Source: Thermoplasmata archaeon (GTDB taxonomy: Archaea; Thermoplasmatota; Thermoplasmata; Halarchaeoplasmatales; Halarchaeoplasmataceae). Taken from it: 64,000 nucleotides of DNA. The position numbers and the translations under genes are program-made. Every line of letters starts with the position of its first letter. The stretch's first letter is position 1. Below are positions 28,550 to 36,852 of the stretch, piece by piece. The DNA lies in assembly GCA_003554965.1 (NCBI GenBank), contig PWHR01000093.1:2224-66223 (forward strand). Reading direction: 5' to 3'. The notes under the pieces are model-generated. The model searched no databases, had not been told where the DNA came from, and saw only the letters and a program-made list of their open reading frames with translations.

Positions 28550-29107
28550 TCAACCCTCCTCTTTGAGGAATATGTGATTATTATAAGACTCACCGTCGTT
28601 CAAACGAAGCATGACCACATCTAGGGCGCTCTCGTTAGATGCAAACTCAATCGAAGAACTTCTACCATCTCTCCATTCTCTTTCTTCTTGTTCGAGAAAA
28701 CCTGTATTGTTGAGATTGCTTGGATCCCAAAGATGGATTCTACCGCTCAACCTTTCCATAGCTACTCTTTCCTCCTGTCTTAATTTGATGTACTCATTGG
28801 TTATCTCGACAACATAATGGTTATCTCCCACTCTTGGAGGGACAAAGATCCCTTCTCCATTCTCATCAAAAGTTATCCTTTGGAACATCTCATCACTTTC
28901 TGATTTTCTAATATCTCTCAAGATCTGTGTGATCTTTCCACAATGGTTCTCCAATTCCTGTTCTTTGAACTCATCTATTTGATAGAGATAAAAGCTAGTG
29001 ATAGACGAGATCAATATTAGGATAACCGCGATTATCACGATCTTTGACTGCAACCACTGGAGTATGTTCATACCTGATCTCTCGTAAGATAAAAATCTCG
29101 AAGACAA
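28550..29107 (-). CDS. Small membrane protein co-transcribed upstream of the giant gene (3-nt gap)
   Basis: TM helix at aa about 22-42 (IVIIAVILILISSITSFYLY), then a soluble domain. Confidence 0.5.
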   Translation of the reverse strand: MSSRFLSYERSGMNILQWLQSKIVIIAVILILISSITSFYLYQIDEFKEQELENHCGKITQILRDIRKSESDEMFQRITFDENGEGIFVPPRVGDNHYVVEITNEYIKLRQEERVAMERLSGRIHLWDPSNLNNTGFLEQEEREWRDGRSSSIEFASNESALDVVMLRLNDGESYNNHIFLKEEG

Positions 29108-29165
29108 ATACCCTTTGTATACTTTACGGTTTAGAAATCAAAAAAGATAAAAATCGTTTCATCAT

Positions 29166-29711
29166 TTGCTTCCCCAAGGTGTGTTAGATATGACATCTGA
29201 AGAAAATAACATATTCATCACAGGACCCCCTAGAAGTGGAAAAAGTACCATGATAGAGGAGATAATAGAAGAAACTGGTTTGAAAGCGGAGGGACTTCGA
29301 ACTCCTGAAATAAGGGAAAAAGGGAAAAGAAAAGGTTTCAAAATTCTAGACACAAAAGAGGGAACAGAGGGTGTTTTAGCTCACGTAGATATCGAGGAAG
29401 GCCCTAATGTTAGCAGATACACGGTAAATTTGGAGGATCTCGAGGAGTTCACTGAAAAGTCTTTGAAAAATATATCAGATGATTGTGAGGTAGTAGTCGT
29501 AGATGAGATAGGCACTATGGAGCTTTTTTCAGATCGCTTTGAAGAGGCAGTAGAAGAATTACTAAAAGATGAAAGACCTGTCCTCGCGGTTCTCCATAGG
29601 AACTATACTGATCAATATGGGGGCATGGGAAGATTGTTTGATCTAGGTGAAGAGGATTATGCTAGCGTTAAGCGAAAGATAAAAAGTATAATCCTAAATA
29701 AAGGGGATTAG
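29166..29711 (+). CDS. Nucleoside-triphosphatase THEP1 family (MJ1559-like)
   Basis: ITGPPRSGKST Walker A. VVVDEIGTMEL Walker B-like. About 175 aa. Confidence 0.7.
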   Translation: MLPQGVLDMTSEENNIFITGPPRSGKSTMIEEIIEETGLKAEGLRTPEIREKGKRKGFKILDTKEGTEGVLAHVDIEEGPNVSRYTVNLEDLEEFTEKSLKNISDDCEVVVVDEIGTMELFSDRFEEAVEELLKDERPVLAVLHRNYTDQYGGMGRLFDLGEEDYASVKRKIKSIILNKGD

Positions 29712-31291
29712 TTATCCTTTTTTGATTTTTTCTCACTCTCTTCTTCTTTTTTCTGTTCCTTCATCCAGACTGTACGCTGAGGGAACGGGATCGTGACATT
29801 TGCTTCTCTGAACTCTTTATCTATCCTATCTCTTATTGCACTAGCTACTTCCCACTGTTTTAGATAATGATCGACCCAGAATCTGACGTTGAATTCTAAA
29901 CTTGAATCGGCGAATTCATTGAACCTTACCACCGGTTCGTATTCCTCATCGATTATCACGTCGTCGTGTTCTCCGAGAACGTCATACAATATCTCCTTCA
30001 CCTTCTCAATGTCAGAACCATAGGCTACTCCCACATTGACAAGGACCCTTATCTTAGGATCCGGCTCCGCGACGTTGACGATCATCTGGTTCGCTATTGA
30101 ATTGTTGGGCAGTACGATCATCTCGTGATCACGTATATTGTACAACTTAGTGCTTCTCATCCCCACATCTTCCACTTTACAGTACTCTCCGCTTTCTAGA
30201 AGTAATACATCCCCAACTGTAAAAGGTCTGTCTAAAAGTAGATGCATCCCGCTGAAGAAGTTGGAAAGCGTATCTTGAGCGGCGAAAGCTATAACTAAAC
30301 CAAACACACCTGCACCGGCTAGTATAGCGGTCACCTGTATACCTATAATGCTCAAACCGATCACGAGGCCGCCTAAGAGTATGATTACAAGGCCAATTTG
30401 TTCAAAGATAGGTTTTAAGATTGAGCCGAAAGGAGACTTCAGTCCGCCGCGCTGTGCAGCTATCTCTTTCAATACAGCATTAAGTATTTTGTAAGCGACA
30501 TACATACCTATTAACAGTGCGATCAGAGAATAGACTTGATAGAGTGTCGCTCTCAGATCGAAAGGTATGTCTAATCTTAGTAAAGAATGGATCACTCCAT
30601 ATATGAAGATGAATACCAAAAGCGGTCTTCTAACCATCTTTACTAAAACTTCATCAAGATCAGTTTTACTACGCTTCGCTAGTTTAGAAAGGATGGGCGT
30701 AACTACAAGAAAAGTGCCGAGTGCGATAAGAAACCATATCAGTAAGTTGAGCAGGAAAGCTCCCAATGGCCCGTCTAATGGTGGAGGAAGAGGATTTTCA
30801 AAGCCACCGACAATGGTGTTTTCTTCTCCAACTGGAGGAAGACCCGTCACATCTATGGTGGCATTTTTTGTTTCAGTTATGGTATCTTCATCACCTAATC
30901 TTCTAAAAGAAAAATGTACTTCTCCCTCTTTAACTCTTTCATCTGGAACGGTCGGCAGTTCGACTTTTAGAGAGACTACTCTATATTTCTCTTCTTCGTC
31001 TAATATGAAGAAATCCGGTGAAACTCTCTTTTCACTGTCGCCGAAACCTTCAGCTCTAACTCTAACTGCAAAATTTTCTTCTACGTTTTTATAAACTGTC
31101 CAATTGAACGTAGTCTTCCCACCAACCTCAACTTCTTTTCGATAGTCATCGTCCTCTCCTATTAAAGGCCTATCTCCCGGTTCGGTTTCCCCCATAACAA
31201 AAGGAGCAGTAAAGGTAAAACTGAACAGTAATAATATCAAGATCACAGGGACGATTTTTTCACGGCAGGGCATCGTTATTGAGATTTTCAA
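29708..31291 (-). CDS. MscS-family mechanosensitive channel with a large N-terminal extracytoplasmic domain
   Basis: N-terminal signal. Pore-lining AGAGVFGLVIAFAAQDTLSNFFSG. Beta-domain RPFTVGDVLLLESGEYCKVEDVGMRSTKL. Confidence 0.85.
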   Translation of the reverse strand: MKISITMPCREKIVPVILILLLFSFTFTAPFVMGETEPGDRPLIGEDDDYRKEVEVGGKTTFNWTVYKNVEENFAVRVRAEGFGDSEKRVSPDFFILDEEEKYRVVSLKVELPTVPDERVKEGEVHFSFRRLGDEDTITETKNATIDVTGLPPVGEENTIVGGFENPLPPPLDGPLGAFLLNLLIWFLIALGTFLVVTPILSKLAKRSKTDLDEVLVKMVRRPLLVFIFIYGVIHSLLRLDIPFDLRATLYQVYSLIALLIGMYVAYKILNAVLKEIAAQRGGLKSPFGSILKPIFEQIGLVIILLGGLVIGLSIIGIQVTAILAGAGVFGLVIAFAAQDTLSNFFSGMHLLLDRPFTVGDVLLLESGEYCKVEDVGMRSTKLYNIRDHEMIVLPNNSIANQMIVNVAEPDPKIRVLVNVGVAYGSDIEKVKEILYDVLGEHDDVIIDEEYEPVVRFNEFADSSLEFNVRFWVDHYLKQWEVASAIRDRIDKEFREANVTIPFPQRTVWMKEQKKEEESEKKSKKDN

Positions 31292-31305
31292 GCTTGTTTA
31301 TAAAT

Positions 31306-32625
31306 TTAATCGACCGGCCCTTTGCCTATCCCTATATATGTAATCTCTTCGGAAAGATCTTTTGGATCGAGTATCCTTCTTGCGTCTACTACTACTTTAT
31401 TCTTCATCCCATCGAAATCTTCAGATTCTAGAGACCTGAATTCGCTCCAGTCGTTCTGTATTATACAGGCTTCTGCGGAATCGAGAGCATCTTTTATCCC
31501 CTTATCAAACTCTACCTCGTCAATCAATTCTGAAAAATTTTCCATACCCTTAGGATCGTATCCGACCACTTCAGCTCCCTCTTTTAGTAACTTCTCGATC
31601 ATCGGCAGAGCTCTAGTCTCTCTTACATCGTCGGTTCCTCCTTTGAAAGTTAGGCCCAATACGGCTATCTTTTTACCTTTCAACTCACCGAGTTCTTCTT
31701 TCAGCAGTTCTATAGTGTGAAGAGGCTGTTCATCGTTGACTGAAAGCACCGCATCTAGTATCCTAGTAGTTACTCCTACTTCTTTTGCTAATGCTCTCAA
31801 TGCTTTCACATCTTTAGGAAAACAGCTGCCACCGAATCCACATCCCGCATTCAGAAAATCCCTATTGATCCTGTGATCCAATCCAACACCGTCCATAACT
31901 TCGTAAACGTCTATGCCTTTTTTTTCGCAGATTTTGGAGATTTCGTTGGCATAAGAAATTTTGGTAGCTAAAAGAGCATTAGATGCGTACTTTATCATCT
32001 CTGCTGTCCGCAGGTCCGTCATGATCTTCGGAGCTCCAAAATCTTCGTGGATCTTTTCCAATTTATTTCGGCTCTTCTCATCCCACCCACCAATCACAAT
32101 CCTATCAGGATCCAAGAAATCGTTGAGTGCAACTCCCTCTCTTAAAAATTCTGGATTCATACCCAATCCAAAATCGTCCCCTACTCTTTTACCGCTCTTT
32201 TCAAGAATCGGTAGTACTTTTCCTTCAGTGGTGCCCGGCGTTACCGTACTTTTCACGCATACCACGTGGTAATCGTCTTTTTCCTTCAATGCCTGGGATA
32301 TATCTTTTGCCGCGTTTTCGACTGCAGAAGTATCAACACTTCCATCTCTCTTGGAAGGAGTGCCTACACAGATGAAAGTCACTTCTGAGTCCAAAATCGA
32401 CTGAAGTGTATCAGTTGTAGCTGAGAGCTTCCCATCGGAGACAACTTCCTCAAGCATCTCTTCCAGCCCCTCTTCATAGATAGGGGGTTCAGAATCGTTG
32501 ATCTTATTCACTTTCTCCTCGTCTATGTCAACGCATATGACCTTATGACCGTGATGAGCGAGTCCTACTCCGCTAACGAGTCCTACATACCCTGTCCCTA
32601 TGACGCTTATTTTCATGGACTTCAA
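31306..32625 (-). CDS. Nucleotide-sugar 6-dehydrogenase (UDP-glucose / UDP-ManNAc dehydrogenase family)
   Basis: N-terminal ISVIGTGYVGLVSG Rossmann motif. Catalytic GFGGSCFPKD. Confidence 0.85.
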   Translation of the reverse strand: MKSMKISVIGTGYVGLVSGVGLAHHGHKVICVDIDEEKVNKINDSEPPIYEEGLEEMLEEVVSDGKLSATTDTLQSILDSEVTFICVGTPSKRDGSVDTSAVENAAKDISQALKEKDDYHVVCVKSTVTPGTTEGKVLPILEKSGKRVGDDFGLGMNPEFLREGVALNDFLDPDRIVIGGWDEKSRNKLEKIHEDFGAPKIMTDLRTAEMIKYASNALLATKISYANEISKICEKKGIDVYEVMDGVGLDHRINRDFLNAGCGFGGSCFPKDVKALRALAKEVGVTTRILDAVLSVNDEQPLHTIELLKEELGELKGKKIAVLGLTFKGGTDDVRETRALPMIEKLLKEGAEVVGYDPKGMENFSELIDEVEFDKGIKDALDSAEACIIQNDWSEFRSLESEDFDGMKNKVVVDARRILDPKDLSEEITYIGIGKGPVD

Positions 32626-32664
32626 TATAAAAGCCCCTTCTTATTTTTTATCCCTTTCTAAAGT

Positions 32665-33315
32665 TTGACGGTAAAGTTAAATAATCAATCTACGATTTAC
32701 CTGCTACGTGAGATGATGACAGGTATAGAGAAGTTGGTCGAAAAAGCGAAGGAGTATAAGGGAAAAGGCCTCTCAGAAAAGGATATAGCTAACGAATTGA
32801 ATATATCACCCGACACCGTAATTTGGCTCTTGACACATGATATCAAAGATGAGAAACCACCTACAGATGTGAAGATAGGATGGAGATCTGTAGGTGTTTA
32901 TGGAAGAAGATTGGGCCTCCTTGCTGGTCTGTTTTCTGATATAATAATGGAAGAGACGGAAAAGATGGATACTGATATCGAGACCGTCGTCGGGATCGCT
33001 ATAAACGGTATTCCTCATGCAGTTATGGTATCAGACCAGCTTGGAAAAGAATTAGCTGTCTATAGACCGCCTGAAGAAGAGAACAAGGAAGCGGGCGGTT
33101 CATTAGCCACCAATTATGCAGATGTAGCTGACAAGAAAGTGGTCATCGTTGACGATGTAATAAATACGGGAGAAACGATAAGGGGCGCAGTAAGTGATCT
33201 AGAGGAGAAAGGAGCCGAAGTTGTACTCTGTACCGTAGCGGTCAACAAAAACGGTAGAGATGACGTTCTTGGAGTTCCCCTCCGTGCCCTGGTAAGGGCC
33301 CAGATAATCGGATAA
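32665..33315 (+). CDS. HTH plus type-I phosphoribosyltransferase-domain protein (PyrE-like/GfcR-like putative regulator)
   Basis: N-terminal LSEKDIANELNISPDTVIWLL HTH. C-terminal VVIVDDVINTGETIRGAV PRPP-binding motif. Confidence 0.55.
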   Translation: MTVKLNNQSTIYLLREMMTGIEKLVEKAKEYKGKGLSEKDIANELNISPDTVIWLLTHDIKDEKPPTDVKIGWRSVGVYGRRLGLLAGLFSDIIMEETEKMDTDIETVVGIAINGIPHAVMVSDQLGKELAVYRPPEEENKEAGGSLATNYADVADKKVVIVDDVINTGETIRGAVSDLEEKGAEVVLCTVAVNKNGRDDVLGVPLRALVRAQIIG

Positions 33316-33326
33316 AGGTTTTAAAG

Positions 33327-34829
33327 ATGCATTGGGCTGATGCTGAAGAGAAAGATCTTCCAAATGAACCTCTTATCGCTACAGGAGTCGCTCCTTCTGG
33401 CCCCATCCATTTAGGAGGATTAAAAGAACTCCTAACGGGAGAAGCTATCAGTAGGAGTTCAAACGGAAAACTCATATTGATAGTCGATTCCATAGATCCT
33501 TTGAGAAAATTATATCCCTTTTTAGACGAGGGATTTGAGAAGTATATAGGTATGCCTCTCAGCGAGATACCCTGCCCCTGTGGTGAAGAAGATAGCTACT
33601 CTGAACACTTCTTGAAACCCTTCTTGAGAAGTCTAGATAGGCTTGGAGTGGAGGTTAACGTCAAATTTGCTCACGAGATGTACGACGAAGGGGAGTATGA
33701 GGAAGCTACTAGGACTGTATTAGAGTCTAAGGATGTAGTAAAAGATATAATAGAAGGCAAGACAGGTCGGGACCTTCCAGAGGACTGGTTTCCTTACAAT
33801 CCCTTGTGCAGCGAGTGCGGAAAAATCGACGGCACGAAAGCGATAGGTTTTGAAGATCCGTACGTGGAATATGTATGTGAATGCGGGCACGAAGGAAGAG
33901 CTCATATAGGAAAAAAAGAAGGTAAGCTTCCTTGGAGATGCGATTGGGCAGCGAGGTGGTGGATACTCGGAATCGAATGCGAACCCTTCGGAAAGGATCA
34001 CGCCGCTTCCGGTGGATCCTGGGACACGGGTAAAGAGATAATAAAAAAGGTGTTCGAATCAGAACCACCTCATCCCGTGGTGTATGAATGGATACATCTA
34101 AAGGGTGAAGGCCCGATGTCCTCTTCTAAGGGGGTCGCGGTCACTGTTGAGGATATGATAAAGATGGTCGGGCCTGAAGCCGTCAGATTTCTGATAATGA
34201 AAAACAAACCTAACACCCATATAGAGTTCGATACAGGTTTGGGCATCTTGGATCTGATGGATGAATACGACAAATATGAAGAGATATATTTCGAGGAAAA
34301 GAGTGGAGATAAAGCACGGACCTATGAACTCTCTCAAGTTGAAGGACCACCGGATGAAAAGCCACAGAGGATACCCTATAGGCATCTGGTAAATCTTGTT
34401 CAGATCTACGATGATTACGAGCAGATATGGGAAGTGGCTAAAAATACTGGCCAGATAGAGGAAGATAACAAGGAGGATTACGAAAGATTCGAAGAGCGGG
34501 CAGCGAACGTCGAATTTTGGCTGGAGAACTTTGCACCGGATATGGTCAAATTCTCACTTAAAGAAGAATTGCCTGAAATTGGGTTGGATGAAGAAGAGAG
34601 AAGTTTTTTAAGCAAATACCTAGAAAATTTACAGGATTGCAGGTGGAAATCGGAAGAGCTCCATCGTTTAGTACATCAATGTGCTGAAGAAGTAGAAGTG
34701 GGTAAAGGAAAAGCTTTCCGCTCATTTTACAAGATACTATTGGGAGAGAAGAAAGGACCTAGGCTTGGAAGGTTCCTAAGCCAACTCGATAAAGATTTCG
34801 TAATGGAGAGGATCAGAGATGCTTTGTAG
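33327..34829 (+). CDS. lysS: Lysyl-tRNA synthetase, class I (archaeal type)
   Basis: PSGPIHLGG (HIGH-like), GPMSSSKG (KMSKS), zinc-binding Cys cluster CSECGK...CECGH. Confidence 0.85.
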   Translation: MHWADAEEKDLPNEPLIATGVAPSGPIHLGGLKELLTGEAISRSSNGKLILIVDSIDPLRKLYPFLDEGFEKYIGMPLSEIPCPCGEEDSYSEHFLKPFLRSLDRLGVEVNVKFAHEMYDEGEYEEATRTVLESKDVVKDIIEGKTGRDLPEDWFPYNPLCSECGKIDGTKAIGFEDPYVEYVCECGHEGRAHIGKKEGKLPWRCDWAARWWILGIECEPFGKDHAASGGSWDTGKEIIKKVFESEPPHPVVYEWIHLKGEGPMSSSKGVAVTVEDMIKMVGPEAVRFLIMKNKPNTHIEFDTGLGILDLMDEYDKYEEIYFEEKSGDKARTYELSQVEGPPDEKPQRIPYRHLVNLVQIYDDYEQIWEVAKNTGQIEEDNKEDYERFEERAANVEFWLENFAPDMVKFSLKEELPEIGLDEEERSFLSKYLENLQDCRWKSEELHRLVHQCAEEVEVGKGKAFRSFYKILLGEKKGPRLGRFLSQLDKDFVMERIRDAL

Positions 34830-34835
34830 CATCTT

Positions 34836-35174
34836 TTACGACTGTAATTTGATGATAGCCTCCGCCGGTTCTCCGTCGGCTTCTTTCAGAGCCTGCTCGG
34901 CCTCTTCTTTTGAGACACCTGCTCTTTCAGAGACCATCTCTATGTCTTCATCGGGTATGAGTACTTCACCTTCAAGCGCCTCCTCCCTAGGTTCACCGAC
35001 GACTTGATACATCTTCTGACCTTTCATATCCATCTCTATTACCTGGGGGTCATCGAACACCAATTTCTTTTCTGACGTCTCTATGACTACTTTTTGAGCG
35101 TCCAATTCATTCTGATCGAGTCCCATCTTCTTCATCATGCGTTTCATCTGTCTTGGATTTCCACCGGGCATCAT
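34836..35174 (-). CDS. nac: Nascent polypeptide-associated complex protein (NAC alpha, with C-terminal UBA)
   Basis: MMPGGNPRQMKRMMKKMG...KKLVFDDPQVIEM...UBA-like VSKEEAEQALKEADGEPAEAIIKL. Confidence 0.75.
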   Translation of the reverse strand: MMPGGNPRQMKRMMKKMGLDQNELDAQKVVIETSEKKLVFDDPQVIEMDMKGQKMYQVVGEPREEALEGEVLIPDEDIEMVSERAGVSKEEAEQALKEADGEPAEAIIKLQS

Positions 35175-35254
35175 GGTTTTCGACCTGATTGGAACAGGAA
35201 ACTGTGATTATAAAATGCTTTCGGAAAGCCTTAGAATGACTCAAAAAAGATATA

Positions 35255-36130
35255 TTGGATAAACCAATCCCTAATAGGGTACAAATCATGCTTATAAAAG
35301 GCCCTGCATCTGTTGAACTATCCGAAAAAGTCGCTGAGATAACAGGAGAATATACTGTACAGGTGAAGACTAAAGTGTTTCCGGACGGGGAAATTTACGT
35401 GAAGTTGGATGGAGATGTGAAGGGAGAAGAATGCAACTTAATACAGACCACTTATCCTAACCGGCATCTCTTGGAACTCTATATGATCCAGGACGCCCTT
35501 AAAGAGAACGGTGCAGAATCGATAGATATCGTAGTACCTTATTACTCATACGCGAGGCAGGATCAACTTTTTGAGAAAGGAGAAGCTTTGAGCGCGAGAG
35601 CCTTTGCCAAAAGACTCGAGATAGAAGCGAACAAATTTTACAGCATAGATCTGCACTCTGAAAAGATAGTCGATTTTTTCAGGATAGATGCAGAGAACCT
35701 TTCGGCTATGCCGATACTAGCTAGGCATTCTGAAACCAAAGATCCCGACTTTTTGATCTCACCTGACGAAGGAGGGATCGAGAGGATCAAAAAAGCTGCA
35801 CGCGAGATCGATCTTGAATGGGACTATTTGGTGAAAAAAAGACTAGATGCGGAAACAGTGAAGATAAAACCTAAAAACATAGACGTAGAAGGAAAATCAG
35901 TTGTTATACTAGATGATATAATCTCAACAGGTGGTACGATGACTGAAGCTGCAAAACAGCTGAAAAAAGAAGGTGCGGAGGAAGTTCATGCTGGATGCAC
36001 ACACGGTCTTTTCGCCGAGAACGCTTTAGATAGACTAGAAAAGGTATGTGATTCAGTCTTCTGTACCGATACGATAGAACAAGAAAGGAGCGAAGTCTCA
36101 GTTGCGCCTTTGATAGCGGAAAATCTCTGA
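35255..36130 (+). CDS. prs: Ribose-phosphate pyrophosphokinase
   Basis: VILDDIISTGGTM PRPP-binding loop. Overall Prs length. Confidence 0.85.
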   Translation: MDKPIPNRVQIMLIKGPASVELSEKVAEITGEYTVQVKTKVFPDGEIYVKLDGDVKGEECNLIQTTYPNRHLLELYMIQDALKENGAESIDIVVPYYSYARQDQLFEKGEALSARAFAKRLEIEANKFYSIDLHSEKIVDFFRIDAENLSAMPILARHSETKDPDFLISPDEGGIERIKKAAREIDLEWDYLVKKRLDAETVKIKPKNIDVEGKSVVILDDIISTGGTMTEAAKQLKKEGAEEVHAGCTHGLFAENALDRLEKVCDSVFCTDTIEQERSEVSVAPLIAENL

Positions 36131-36138
36131 TCCATTCA

Positions 36139-36852
36139 TTAAGATGGTAGCTCTAGGAATTCTGCAACCTCTTTTATACCTTCACGGTCTTTAGCGTTGG
36201 TCTTTATCAAAGTTCCATGAGGATTCACTTCTCTGTAGTCCTCTTCGATGATCTCTAGATCGACATCCATGGGTTCAGCTAGATCAACTTTGTTGAGCAC
36301 CGTAAGTTCGGAACGGGAGAATATAAGAGGATGCTTCCTGATCATATCGTCCCCTTCAGTGACGGAGATGACGACTACATCCTTTTCTGTACCAAGGGGG
36401 AAGTCCACTGGGCAGATCAGATTCCCGACGTTCTCTATGAATAGTATATCTATAGTATCAAGGTCTAAATCTTCCTCTTCCAATGCATGGTTCACGTAAT
36501 GGGCGTCCAGATGACAGTCTTTACCCGTATTGATAGAAACTGATGACATGCCTCTCTTTTTGAAACGTCGGCTGTCATCTTTTCCGGTGAGATCGCCGGC
36601 GATCGCACCAACTTCTTTTTCACTTATGATCTCCTTCAATCCTTCTATCAATGTAGTCTTACCCGATCCGATAGCCCCCAAGATATTGAAAGCTCTAACG
36701 CCTTTACTTTTGAAAAGGTCACGGTTTTCTTGGGCGATCCTCTCGTTTTCTTCTAGGATATTTTTCTCCATATCCACTTCGGTGATTTTATGCATGAGAT
36801 CGTTCAATTGAAAAACGAGAAGATTATAAAGTTTGTTACCTTTTCCTTTCAA
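36139..36852 (-). CDS. hypB: Hydrogenase/urease-type nickel-incorporation GTPase HypB
   Basis: GSGKTTLIEGL, CHLDAH and IENVGNLICP motifs nearly identical to characterised HypB. Confidence 0.8.
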   Translation of the reverse strand: MKGKGNKLYNLLVFQLNDLMHKITEVDMEKNILEENERIAQENRDLFKSKGVRAFNILGAIGSGKTTLIEGLKEIISEKEVGAIAGDLTGKDDSRRFKKRGMSSVSINTGKDCHLDAHYVNHALEEEDLDLDTIDILFIENVGNLICPVDFPLGTEKDVVVISVTEGDDMIRKHPLIFSRSELTVLNKVDLAEPMDVDLEIIEEDYREVNPHGTLIKTNAKDREGIKEVAEFLELPS

